The notes under the pieces are model-generated. The model was given only the letters and a program-made list of their open reading frames with translations. It ran no database searches and was not told the origin of the DNA. The position numbers were made by a program, and so were the translations under genes. From Veleropilina oligotropha (lineage: Eukaryota), in the NCBI GenBank assembly GCA_048128005.1, contig JBEUKZ010000018.1, positions 1 through 64,000 on the forward strand: a DNA stretch of 64,000 nucleotides, written 5' to 3'. Numbering within the stretch: position 1 is the first letter of the stretch; the number at the start of each line of letters is the position of its first letter. Below, in pieces: positions 41,556-54,365 of this stretch.

Positions 41556-41897
41556 GGCCCCCCCAAAAATTATTTGGTTCCTGTTCCATGGTCATAAATA
41601 TTGGGGTAGGTGGGTAGGTAAATATTTTTATTTTTGGAAAAGTTTTTCCATATATGTATCGATTTTTCCCAAAATTAAACAACCAACTGAAGAAAAATTC
41701 CATGTCATATGGTAATATGCGGCCATTAATCCCATGTAATATGTATGTCACACATCACAAAGCTTTCCAGAGAGATCTAGGATGGTCAGGGGCGAGAAGG
41801 ATTTAAAAAAAAAGTAAATCACTGATAAAAAGTTTAGGGCAGGGCCAAAAATTTAGGTATGGTAGGGTAACAGGAACCAAGACATTTTCTTTTGGCC
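41556..41897. mobile_element. GGCC-ended MITE with 3-bp TSD ATA (Zator/Harbinger-like)
   Basis: ATA|GGCC...TTGGTTCCTGTT at the left end and AACAGGAACCAA...GGCC|ATA at the right end. Confidence 0.7.
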
Positions 41898-44258
41898 ATA
41901 TCTTAAATTTATAAAGAAACAAGCTGCACAACGTTGATTTTAATTTTGTTGATGCGTTCTAACATAATTATGCGGCATAGTCATAGAAGGTGAAATTTGT
42001 GATTGTTGATGTCATGAAAATGTGGCAATGGGTGTGAAAATAGCCCCGTTTTTACCGACTTTATATACTATAAAGAGCAACAAATGCTCTTATGAAAATA
42101 ACTAATGTCGCTTTATCAATATTATACTAATCCAACAAGCTCTATTCAAAGAACAATAAATGCGCAGCACGTATAACCAATTGTATGTCATATTCGTTAA
42201 CGTTATCGACTTTGAAACTATTTGTCGTCTGCGAAAGTTCGTCAACTCAAGATATAAAGCATCAAAATCATGAAAAATTTGTCAGCTTTGTATATATGTT
42301 CAGCGTTGAACTTAACTGGCGAACGGTCGTTCAGGTTACGCATAGGTCGCCCGTTTTCTAATAACAGCGAACGGTCAACAGGTCGCCACCATCGCTGACA
42401 CTGTAGTATTTCCGGGTTAGCAGAGTATATAAAACTCATTCAGTTACCCAAATTCACAATAATTCTCAAGAATGGTATGCATTGAAATTACCAAGGCTAA
42501 AATATGAACTGGTTATTTACCTTTTATTATTTAAAACATTCAGATAATACTGGCGAAGTCTGCTTACAGTAGCCAAACTTTCGATACACGACACCATTAC
42601 ACATCCAAGTCGAGGACACATTTTCGAACGCACGCTTTATATCATTTACATTGTCAAGAGTTGCAGAGTTCGCACTGAGTTATAGCACATGTCTGACTCT
42701 GGTGATATTCAGCTGCCACCGTGTTACTGGTGAAATTTAGATACAGCTTGATATGCTGATGTTAAGATTATCAACAAAACAACACAATTTCATTTTCAGA
42801 ATTATTAACAATTGTATTGTGACATGATAATAACAACATAGAATATAAAGATATATATTTTATTAAATTAAAGTATTTTTTCACATTTGAGTTGAATCAG
42901 ATAATGTTAATAGTTAATAGTGTTTATTGTAATTTAAAGGGAATAGACATGTTATTTTCAAGATAAACAGTATTAGACAAAATTGAATGTTAATTCTTGG
43001 TGACTGTCAGTAACAGAAGTAATGAAATGAATTTATGCCGGTAACCTGTTTTAAAATAGGTTACCTGTGAGAAGTAAATTTGTGGTAACCTGTAAACAGG
43101 TTGCCAATCCCGTTCTTTAAGTTCAGCCCTGTATGTTAACGTTATCAGAATAATTTTATAAAAATACATCGTTAATATGTTAGTTTCCATCTAAAATGAG
43201 ATCGAAGCATCGACAATATGGCTGCTAATTGCTGTGAATGAAATGAAATGTACACCAACAGACTGCGTAGCGGAAAGTAAATTGAAAACTACTATATGTA
43301 CATTGAATTTTGTATGCTATGATAATTTGGAGATAAACGATCTTACCTGGATATCTGCACCTAATATTTTTTACTAAATATTGATCGTTGGTTGCACATA
43401 TGAGTACTATTCCTGCAATAACCACGTTCATAGTAAAATCGTAGTATTAAAAGAAGTATTCAATTACCGGCAATGACCTTTTGTGACCCATTCTACAATT
43501 GGCTGTTCTGGTCCATTGATTAAATTATCCAATCAAAATTACAAGAAAGTCAATTAAACACTGTTTGATATCATTTTTAATAAACACTTTGGCCCTATGT
43601 AAAATGACCGGGATATATGATAAATATTATTGTCAAATAGAAAGCTATCTAACTTGACGAGCAGAAACCTACGCAACGTGGTTCCAACTTGGTCAATTGG
43701 AAATGTCACTCGTTGCAAATTAATTATAAGTGGACCACGTTTAATTATTTTTAAATCTTCAGTAGCGATTAATTTAAACGGTAGCAAATAACTGAAGAAA
43801 GTTGAGTGGTGAAAATTCCTAACTTTTTATGTTATAAACAAAAGTGTAAAGCAGTTAGTTTTCTTTTCAAAGAAAAAAGAGCTCATTTACGGGCAATAGT
43901 CTCTTTAAATTAAATCCAGAGATGGTCCTAACTTCACAAGTACTATCTCGTCACTTTTCAGAAGTACACAATATTTCTATTTTATTATCATCCAATATAT
44001 GAAATTGACGAATTTACGAGCCCTCGAAAATGTCTTTTTAATCAAAACCACGAAAATTGATACCCTCGAAAATAAAGTCATTTTCTGTAAGTGATCTTGA
44101 AACGACATTATTTCCAAATCTGCAATGTTCAAAGATTTGTGTTAGCATAATATATTATATTGCTACAATACCTGAAAATGAATGAATATTGGATGAGCCC
44201 AGTGATCCATGGTGGATGCTGAATGCTACAGGAAAAGGTCATCACGCTTCTCCAATCT

Positions 44259-44349
44259 CCACCAGGGGGCGCTCTCTTTATTTTCAAGGATTCTGCTGAC
44301 AGACAGGGCAATCATGATTGGCAGTGGTGTAGTGGCGCCCCCTGGCTAG
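44259..44349. promoter_or_regulatory. Convergent pair of CTCF-consensus motifs
   Basis: CCACCAGGGGGCGC at 44259-44272 (+) and GCGCCCCCTGGCTA at 44335-44348 (-). Motif match only. Confidence 0.45.
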
Positions 44350-45719
44350 TGTCTGGTGAAACACAGCTGGTGGTGTTGGCACTGATTAATGGCTGGATCC
44401 AGCCTACAGAGTCTGTTACATTGACACACTCCAGATCATGGGTGGAGGGGTGCTTAGGGCCTCATTTGATGCTAATGGAGCCATGATGTTGTGGCCTTCA
44501 GCTACAGGCTTTTATGGACATAGCAGATGAAATCGGTCAGTCACTTGTACTTGTGACTCCATAGAATTCTGAATGCACAGAATTGTTTCCTATTTCAAAT
44601 GCAGTACTTGACAGGTTTCGCTTGGAAACTAGTGCATTATGCCCAATTAAGAAATGTTACCGTTTGTTCACAATGTTGGCTTGTAGGATGGGATAAAAAC
44701 TGTGTCACCAATCACTCCAGCAGTGTTTCTCAAAGATGTCTAATTAATAGATAATACACACCAACTCCCACTCAGATATCTGACATAACGACCCGAGCGC
44801 TAGCGAGGTGCGTTATGTGGATATCGTATATGGGTGTTGTTGTATTATCTGTCAACAGCCATACACATACAAAGACAATCTATTGTAAATTTCAAGGTGT
44901 AAAAATATAATGATTGGCATATATATCACCCAATGACTGCAATATGAAACAGTGGAATCGTCCATTTGCATGAGTCTGGCACCTAATCATATCCTTTGTC
45001 AAGAGCAGCACCGTAGTTTCGGCTATTAATTGGAACATTGGAGTAACGTGCCCTAGAGTTCTGTTGTTAAAAAATCCAGCTCATTGTCTGTATGGGTAGA
45101 ATTGTATTGAAGCAATAACATTATGGACATTTTTGATATACTGATTGGACCGTCCCTTATCCTCCTCTGTATTTCTGTCAATGTAATTTGTTTCGGCCTT
45201 GACTGTGTTATCACTATTCAACACGCTAATTCGTTATTGCGCTTTCTGGATTGTTTAGTGTCTGTTTAAACCACTGAACTGATGAGGACGGTTAATTCAT
45301 CTGCAAATGTCGTAGATTTAGCAGATCCCGGTGTGCGTTACAGATATCCATTTCATTATCGATCCGTTGCCCTGTTATTCTGGTACGTTATTGGATGCGG
45401 GTCGCATTAGACATGGAATAATCTTTAAATGCGTATCAAACTTCATTGGAGCACTTAACCAGAGAGGCTACTCCTGTCGGTGCCGACCGGATTCTGACCG
45501 CCAGAGGGCAGAGAAGACGACACGTATGGACCTAATTTAATAAAATGTTATTCTTCGCAAATTGAATAGGTCTACATTAGGAGAAAGTGAAGGCAATTGA
45601 ACAAACTTAGCATCCTGTCAGTGTGATCATGATAATTGAGATACCAGTGACAATGCTGATTGATTGGGTAAATTTCTTCACCTGGCGGATAAAGCACCAA
45701 ATAAATCAAAGAAAGCGGC

Positions 45720-45957
45720 TCATTATATGCTGGCACCATTGTGTCATTAGGAGTGGTCCATGATAGAGTGGGCGTTATCATTATATGCTGGCACCATTGT
45801 GTCATTAGGAGTGGTCCATGATAGAGTGGGTGTTATCATTATATGCTGGCACCATTGTGTCATTAGGAGTGGTCCATGATAGAGTGGGTGTTATCATTAT
45901 ATGCTGGCACCATTGTGTCATTAGGCGTGGTCCATGATGGAGTGGGTGTTATCATTT
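45720..45957. repeat. 58-bp minisatellite, ~4 copies
   Basis: TCATTATATGCTGGCACCATTGTGTCATTAGGAGTGGTCCATGATAGAGTGGGYGTTA. Confidence 0.93.
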
Positions 45958-46035
45958 CATTTAAGGTAAAGGATTGGGAATTGAATTAACTTGTCTTGTA
46001 TTTATGACCAATAAATAATGAATATTAGTAAAGGG

Positions 46036-46495
46036 CACTCTGCTCGCATAGTCGGCCATTTTATTGCTTATTGACTATGCTCTCGCTGGTCCGCCTACTT
46101 CTTTCCCGACTGGAATATCGTCTCTTTGAAATTTTCCAAACATTAATATGTATTTAATATATCAAATTTAGTTAAAAGTTAATTAAAATAAACTTTAAAA
46201 GCAATATAAAATGTTTGTGCAGTTAATAAATTAGCTACGCGGTGAATAAATTGGCTGAATATGGCTACGCGGAACTATTTGCTGTTTAACATCACTGTAT
46301 TTCATATTTAAAACGTTGTTATTAGCCTACCCTTTTCTTGAAAACACTTAACCATGTCATTTGCACTTCATTAAATTACAAACTGAAGCGAAATAATATG
46401 TATATTAACTATGTGGCGATCCGCCACATAGCGACCAGCGAGAGCAGAGATATAAGACTGGGGTCGTCGTTTCGTATCTCTTTGCCTGGAGAGTG
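46036..46495. mobile_element. Second copy of the CACTCT...AGAGTG MITE
   Basis: Near-identical to 15123-15586. The flanks AGTAAAGGG/AGTATGTTG match only partly. Confidence 0.88.
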
Positions 46496-47010
46496 AGTAT
46501 GTTGTTGTGTCATTAAAGATGGTGCCAGTTTGCATTGCATCATGGGTACGGCAATCTGCGACAGTTAATGGTGTTTGTGTATCGCGTATTGTTATAAGAC
46601 ACTTGGCTGATTACATAGCTAGCCTTAGGATTGTGCGCATTAATTGGTCAGAGAATGAATGATTAGTCTTGGCTGCCAGAAGTCATGACCTGGGATTATT
46701 ATTTAAGTTGCTGATGACTGAATATAATTTATAATTATTATACTCTTGTATCTGGACCATAGGGCACCTGCTGTAACCATAAGACATAGCAGCAATACTG
46801 TGCCTACCATACGATGACTACTATGGGACTCATTCACTGGGATAATTGAGCACCTTTTGAAATTTGTGCATGATCAGGGTTCTCACCAGATTGAAATTAT
46901 AATGCGGGAGAATTGATGCCGCGGTGGGGTCGCTCGTGTTCGTGCGTGCGTGTATATATTATATTAATTATTATGGCTTCTATGGGGTGAATATCTGGAA
47001 AGGTTGTCAC

Positions 47011-48565
47011 TTTTTATTATGCCCCCTAAGCGAAGTTTGGGGGTATATAGTGTTTCACACGTCCGTCCAGGCGTCCATCCATCCGTAAAATTTCACCTTC
47101 ACATAACGGAGTTATGTCCCTTGATACATTTGCAATTCTTTTTTCCATTTACGGGCGATAACTTGAGAACGCCTTCATGGATTTCAATTAAATTTCGTAT
47201 GCAAGTGGATAATCATAATAGCTAAGTGAAGTTCAATTTTGGTAAAATTCCGATGTCACGTAACTTAGTTATGCCCCTTGATTCACACGCAAACATTTTT
47301 TCATTTCCGAGCGGTAACTTGAGAATGCCTTCATGGATTTAAATTAAATTTGGTATTCACGTGTATGATCATAATATCTAACTGAATTTCAATTTCGGTA
47401 AAATTCCGCCTTCACATAACGGAGTTATGTCCCTTGAACCACTTGCGCAATTTTTTTTTCCATTTCCGGGCGATAACTTAATGGATTTCAATTAAATTTG
47501 TTATGCAAGTGGATGATCATAATAGCTAAGTGAACTTCGATTTCGGTAAAATTCTGATTTCACATAAGGGAGTTATGCCCCTTGATTGACATGGAAACAT
47601 TTCTTCATTTCCGGGAGGTAACTTGAGAATGGCTTCATGGATTTAAATTAAATTTGGTATTCACATATATGATCGTAATAGATAAGTGGAGTTCGATTTC
47701 GGTAATATTCCACCTTCATATAACGAAGTTATGTCCCTTGATCCACTTGCACTTTTTTTTTCCATTTCTGGGCGATGACTTGAGAATGCCTACATGGATT
47801 TCAATTAAATTTGTTATGCAAGTGAATGATCATAATAGCTAAGTGGAGTTCGATTTCGCTAAAATTCCGATGTCACATAAGAGAGTTATACCCCTTGATT
47901 CACTTGGAAACATTTTTTCATTTCCATACGGTAACATCAGAATGCGTTCATGGATTTAAATGAAATTTAGTATTCAAGTGTATGATCATAATAGCTAAGT
48001 GGAGTTCGATTTCGGTAAAATTCCGCCTTCACATAAGGGAGTTATGTCCCTTCATCAAATTGCAAATATTTCTTCCATTTCCGGACAATAATTTGAGAAC
48101 GCCTTTATGGATATAAATTAAATTTGGTATACACGTGTAATATCATTGGAATGAAATTTTATGCCCGGTCCCCTGCAAAACGAAGTATGGAGAGCAATAT
48201 TTATTGTTACACATGTTTGTCCCTCGAATGCTTTAGATTCTGCGATATATTCATGGATTCAAATTAAATTAATTTGATATACACATGTATATCAGAATAT
48301 CTAAGTGGAGTTTGATTTCTATAAATTCCCAACTTCATTTAAGAGACATAGGACATGAATTAATTTAATTTTGTTTTCAATTCTGGACGATAAGTTCGGA
48401 ATGTATTCATGGAATGAAACTATATTTGGAATATAGGTGTATACTTATTCATACATTGTTAAATGCGTACATTCAATGTTAAGAGAGTTTATCATTATGG
48501 CTGGTCATTTCGAATTTCTTTCATTCCTGGGCAGTTGTTTCACTCGGACATAATATTATCTAGTT
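47011..48565 (+). mobile_element. Helentron-type non-autonomous element with ~155-bp internal array
   Basis: 5' ATGCCCCC..GGGGGTAT hairpin, GTCC microsatellite, repeated monomers (CATAACGGAGTTATGTCCCTTG..GAGAATGCCTTCATGGATTT) and a CTAGTT end. Confidence 0.75.
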
Positions 48566-48589
48566 TTTTAAAGGTGTGGAAAGGTGCTG

Positions 48590-49218
48590 GGAGGGGTCAT
48601 AAGGTGGCGGGGAAGGGTCATAGGGCGGCGGGGAAGGGTCATAGGGTGGCGGGGAAGGGTCATAGGGTGGCGGGGAAGGGTCATAGGGTGGCGGGGAAGG
48701 GTCATAGGGTGGCGGGGAAGGGTCATAGGGTGGCGGGGAAGGGTCATAAGGTGGCGGGGAAGGGTCATAGGGTGGCGGGGAAGGGTCATAAGGTGGCGGG
48801 GAAGGGTCATAGGGTGGCGGGGAAGGGTCATAAGGTGGCGGGGAAGGGTCATAGGGTGGCGGGGAAGGGTCATATGGTGGCGGGGAAGGGTCATAGGGTG
48901 GCGGGGAAGGGTCATAGGGTGGCGGGGAAGGGTCATAGGGTGGCGGGGAAGGGTCATAGGGTGGCGGGGAAGGGTCATAGGGTGGCGGGGAAGGGTCATA
49001 GGGTGGCGGGGAAGGGTCATAAGGTGGCGGGGAAGGGTCATAGGGTGGCGGGGAAGGGTCATAAGGTGGCGGGGAAGGGTCATAGGGTGGCGGGGAAGGG
49101 TCATAAGGTGGCGGGGAAGGGTCATAGGGTGGCGGGGAAGGGTCATAGGGTGGCGGGGAAGGGTCATAGGGTGGCGGGGAAGGGTCATAGGGTGGCGGGG
49201 AAGGGTCATAGGGTGGCG
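48590..49218. repeat. 21-bp G-rich minisatellite (~30 copies)
   Basis: Unit GGCGGGGAAGGGTCATAGGGT. Confidence 0.97.
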
Positions 49219-50807
49219 GACCCGCCACCTTATAAGTGCCCGGGAGATGCTGTAAATATACATTGCTACTGTGAATATTAATATGGTGTGCATCAGGTTA
49301 AATTACATTTACCTCTACCCACTGATGTTATAACTGTTGTAAATAATAATCGTATATGGAGATTTATATTGCGCTGTATCTTCACACAATGCATGCTTGC
49401 AGCCCTATCACATATTCTGTGATTGTGACGTTAAGAGAAGTAACTTAAATACGTTTTTAGAGAAGTCGTCAATGCTGTCATTTTCTTGAGTTAATGAAAG
49501 GGCATGCGTCATGCCAGACAGAAATACCCAACTGATTTGAAGATAATTATTCACCTGTTCCCTCTATGTGCACCATCCCAATGAGCGGAGGATCGTGTTT
49601 CAAATTGGCCATGTTTACTCGCTATATCTCAGTGGAATAATACTGATAATGGCTACTAGAAATGGATCCGCAGACTGTATATAATGCAGACTCCTTCTCA
49701 GATGATGTTTACACAAGATCCAGAAACCCTTTCCACAGACAGCTTATCTTCTGAGCAAAGTTACTTCATTTTTTGTGGCTTTTTCGCAATAAATGCGGTG
49801 CCATGTGGCATCATCTTGCTCTGAGCTTGCGACCTGTTCCACATTGCTTAACTAAACTGCTTGCCAATTTATAGTTTTACAAAGGTTACATCAGCATTCT
49901 CCCCGGATTGAAATTATAAGGCGTGGAAATTATGTCGCGGCGTTATCACTTGTGTTCACGCGCGCGTGCGTGTGTGTTTGTTTGTATGTATTTATGCATA
50001 TATATGGTTGAAGACTAGAAGTATGATTAATACACGTCTCATTTATCAAAATTTACAATGTCTTATTTTTTGTCAAATTTTTTCATTTTAATTACAACCA
50101 ACATGTCTAGATTATGAAATGAATAGAAACAGCGCTTAAGCTATGAATATTTTGAAATGGCAAATATTTTGTATAGGTAGTGAAATAACACTTGTCATTA
50201 TGACGTCATATACCTTAAAACTAAAACACAGTTTGAGTGCTACTGATGAACAACATACTAATTTAATTTAATTTTTGCTATCCGTTATGTAACAATCGTG
50301 GTATCTGAAAATATTTTACTTTAACTAGAGTATACCAGTACATGTAATAAAATATAAACATTTTCATCGATCCAAAACCATTGCAAAAATCGCGACACAA
50401 CGTAAAATGAAATTTATTAACCGAATCGTGAAAGTGTGGTATTATGTGTATGAGGGGTTGATATCAGTGAAAAATGTATGCAATGGTAGACGGCGTAGCA
50501 CAAATATGTTTTACAAGTAGCATTTGCAGTGCATAATATTCACATTTTTCTTCAGAAGTGCACAGTGTATTGAATAAATATCACAACATCGTCACCATTT
50601 CACCGCGATCGCGACGATGACTTGTCATTTACTCAATAACTTCACAATTTATATGACAACACAACACCATTTATTAAATTTGTAACATTATAACACATTG
50701 TCAAACAACAAAAACATCGGATTGTAGAAACATATGATAATCGTCGTGATATTGACAGATCAACAGTGTTTTTCATTGTACAGTAATTGTTTATTCAATA
50801 CAATGAT

Positions 50808-50946
50808 GTTATCAGTATTGTGTGGATTCTGGCATATCGGAAACCTCGAGTGACGTCGTAGTTTTTGCGGCGGATTTATCCACTGCAAAAACTACGATGT
50901 CACGAGAGGTTTCCGATGTGCCAGAATCCACACAATAACTGATAAC
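50808..50946. repeat. Near-perfect ~138-bp palindrome (foldback element)
   Basis: TTATCAG-TATTGTGTGGATTCTGGCATATCGGAAACCTC pairs with GAGGTTTCCGATGTGCCAGAATCCACACAATA-CTGATAA. Confidence 0.9.
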
Positions 50947-52416
50947 ATTTTTATTATATGCCACAACAAGTTTCTTATTAAATTGAATCGAAAGATTATT
51001 GTAATTTTAGTCACGAATCTGTAAGGGAGGTTGAAATAGTATAGGACTATATTGGAAGTAGTTCCTACGATTTGTCAGCCATTTTGAATATATAAGCAGG
51101 AGACGTTTTCCTGTGAATATATAAGCAGGAGACGTTTTCTGAATCGATATCAGCTGTGTCCGTGATACAGGGTCTCGGCAAACTGCGCAAGAATAGGCGT
51201 CAGAAAACGACTGGCATATAATAAATTAGTTAATTACGTTTTACTAGTCTTAAACAATATAATACAGGAAAATGTATGCAATGGTGGACGAGGTAAAGCA
51301 AATATGATTTGCAATGTACATATTCCCATTCTATGAATAAAATAAGTACCACCACTTCGTCACGTTGACGCCTCAGTTGCGACATGACGTTGTTGACATT
51401 TAATCAACAATGTCCAGTTACACAAGATATATGGTAAAAACACCAATTATTAAACTTACGTTTTAACACTTTATAAAATAACACAATGTCATAACATCGG
51501 ATTGTTGGAGCCCCGAGGATTACGTCATCAAATTGCAAAATAATCGTCGTTATTATAGCTAGTCGTGATAATGACAGACCATCAGTGTTTTCATTGTACA
51601 GTACATGTGTATTCAATAAACTTGTAACTAAATGTTAATTAATTTATACTTCAACAATAATAATGAGAGAGATGTCCTCTGAATTTAATTACCTTTCAAA
51701 ATCTTCTATGGTCTTTTAATTATCTCCCGCAAAAAAATTTGTGCGGGGATATTAAAATGCAAACCGTCCCAAATTATCTTTTCCGGAGCATATCTCATAC
51801 ACCACTCGACAACTTTTCGAAAATTCCTGGCTGTATTAAGTACACATTGATCTGGTGCCTTTTGCTAGTTTCGACGTCGTGTTGCTATTATTAACAGAGT
51901 TATTTCCCTTGTTCTAAATTCGTTAATGTTATCTTTTCCAGAGCGTAGCTCATACACCGCTTGACATAATTTGACGAAACTTTTGACGTTGTGCATCGAT
52001 CATTAACAGAGTTATTTCCCTAGTTCTAAATTCCTTAAAAAGTTCTCTTTTCCGGAGCATAGCTCATACACCGCTCGACATAACCAGATTTCTGCCCAGA
52101 AAATCTTGAGCGCCGGGTGGTAAAATAGTAGTGCCGGGTGGTAAATGAAAAAGAGTAAAATGTACACCTAAGTAGAAAATATGCTTGGAATATTTAAATC
52201 GATAACAATACATTCGGCATCTTTTGTTACATTTCCTATATTAAAATGTCCAAATTCAACGTAAAAGCAAAAAAAATGGTGGGCGGCAGGTCATGATTGC
52301 CCTGCATAACTTTACGAAACTTGCTGGATATATTAAGTAGTCGGTGAACTGGTGCCTTTTGCTAGTTTCGATGTTGTGTGGTGATCATAAACAGAGTTAT
52401 TGCCCTTGTTAATTTG

Positions 52417-52557
52417 AATCACAGTTGTCCGCGACTGGCCGAAGAGGGCGGGTTTACACGGGCGACTGGCATTTCCTCCCGCAATAACACGGACATGTCC
52501 TGCCTTGAACCTCGATGTTGTAAATATACAGGACATTAAGCATCATTCCTCCCTCCC
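52417..52557 (+). mobile_element. 5'-truncated SINE copy, TSD TAATTTG
   Basis: Matches the 3' half of 52747-53010. TAATTTG is present on both sides. Confidence 0.85.
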
Positions 52558-52746
52558 TAATTTGTTACTGTTCTCCTTTCCGAAGCTTATCTCATAAACC
52601 GCTCGGCATAACTTTATAAATGCAATTTGGTGGGTGTATTAAGCAGTTGTTGAACTGGTGCCTTTCGTTAATTTTGACGTTGTACGTCAAATATTCACAG
52701 AGTTATTGCCTTTGTTTTAATTTTGTTATTCCCGACTATATCTCGT

Positions 52747-53010
52747 GGCCGCTTCGGCAGCGCAGTGGGTAGAGTGTCCACTCTAACTTCACTGGCTTGA
52801 TTCCGCTAATGCGAACAGTAGTGGGTTCAATACCTGGCTGAGGCATTGAAATTTGTTCAAGTTATGAATCACAGTTGTGCGTGACTGGCCGAAGAGGGCG
52901 GGTTTACCCGGGCGACCGGTGTTTCCTCCCGCGATAACACGGACATGTCCTGCCTTGAACCTCGATGTTGTAAATATACAGGACATTAAGCATCATTCCT
53001 GCTCCTCCTG
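52747..53010 (+). mobile_element. Full-length tRNA-derived SINE with V-domain-like core; 8-bp TSD TATCTCGT
   Basis: A-box-like GGCAGCGCAGTGG, B-box GGGTTCAATACC, core GGGTTTACCCGGGCGACCGGTGTTTCCTCCC and a (CCT)n-like tail. TSD at 52739-52746 and 53011-53018. Confidence 0.88.
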
Positions 53011-53452
53011 TATCTCGTACAGTGCTTGACTTATCATTACGAAACTTGGTGGGTGTATTCAGTAGTTGGTTAACTGGTGCCTTTTCATAATTTTAACGTA
53101 GCGTCATGATTAATGACAGAGTTATTATTTAATCAACGATATTGTTTCAAGAACATACAGCATCTAGTAATTATTGTGAATGTAGCATTGCGGGGATATT
53201 GATGGCGTTGTCTTCTTGTTACCTTCGCCCACGTAGGTCGGTTTGTCTGTGTGTCTGTCTGTCCGCGAGCATATCTGGAAAACCGTTACTCCGATTAACT
53301 CAGTTTTTTCACACGAGATAGGGTCCTCCTCAAAGATGGTCGGCATCGGAAAGCGGACCCGGATTTTGTGATGCAATTTCGTAATTTCCGGTTCGCGAAT
53401 TATCTGTGTGTCTGTCTGTCCGCGAGCATATCTCAACAACAACTGATTCTAT

Positions 53453-54335
53453 GGGTGCGTCGATTTACCCCAATCGACCCCAATCGAACCCCAATCGACC
53501 TCAAGTATGCAGCAACGTACCTATATCAACTATAATATACATCGATAATGTAAATAATATGAATTATATTAATATTTTAGGCTTAATTGCAATTGCGTAC
53601 TTCGTTTTTGAGTCCGTCGAAGTCTGGAGCGCAAATGTTGAATTCCGCAGTTACGTTCTGTGTTGCTATATTTAGACTGTTGTGTAGAAAACTACTAAAA
53701 CCTCCATGTCTTATATATTTGCCCATGACGCGGCTTCAAGCCCTGATCGGGCATTCATTTGTATTACTATAAGATCAAAGGTTCACTTTCTGATTCCTCA
53801 TACTTTGTGCTGGTCGGCATACGCCATATAAGGCTCGGTTTCGAGATCAAAGGTTCACTTTCTGCTTCCTCATACTTTGTGCTCGTCGGCATACGCCATA
53901 TAAGGCTCAGTTTCGAGATCAGAGGTTGGCACATCTCCAACGGTCGAACTCCAGTCAAAACAATCGCATAACATTAAGCAACTTGCTTGAACTAAACTTT
54001 GTTGATAGTTAAGTAGATTTGCGCACACAACGGAACCGACAAGGACACTATTTAGCGCAATAAAAATAATTATTACAAAATAAAGATAACATAATTCATT
54101 ATATATTTGTATTGTTTATAATATTTGCATGCTACCAGTTGGATTTAGTTCGTGTAATTAGAACCGTTTCGCGAATTCAATATTTGTGATCCCGACTTCC
54201 GCGAACTAAAAAACGATGTACGCAATTGCAATTGGGCCTAATATAATTAAATAAATCATAATGTGCACATTATGGATGTATATTATAGTTGACAGGGGGT
54301 CGATTGGGGTTCGATTGGGGTAAATCGACGTGCCG
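53453..54335. mobile_element. Long-TIR MITE with 8-bp TSD GATTCTAT
   Basis: CGTCGATTTACCCCAATCGA/TCGATTGGGGTAAATCGACG with diverged TIRs over 100 bp. TSD at 53445-53452 and 54336-54343. Internal 74-bp duplication at 53772-53920. Confidence 0.85.
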
Positions 54336-54365
54336 GATTCTATTTACTCAATTTTTTGACACAAG

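Larger units (their letters stand above)
41255..43904. mobile_element. Kolobok-like non-autonomous element with nested insertions
   Basis: TIR AGAGACTATTGCTCGTAAATG/CATTTACGGGCAATAGTCTCT. TTAA on the right; the left TTAA overlaps the TIR by one base. Confidence 0.75.
51719..53220 (+). mobile_element. Helentron-type non-autonomous element carrying two SINE insertions
   Basis: 5' ATCTCCCGCA..TGCGGGGAT hairpin, internal monomers (TTTTCCGGAGCAT..CTCATACACC..AACAGAGTTATT), 3' GCGGGGATAT...CTTGTT. Confidence 0.72.

Noticed and set aside
45279..45320. Hammerhead ribozyme at CTGATGAG
   Set aside because: No stem II followed by GAAA, and no stem III or cleavage triplet.
48463..49293. Extensin-like SPPPYDP and GKGHRVA ORFs
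   Set aside because: These come from a 21-bp minisatellite, and a frameshifted sister array exists at 62407-62670.
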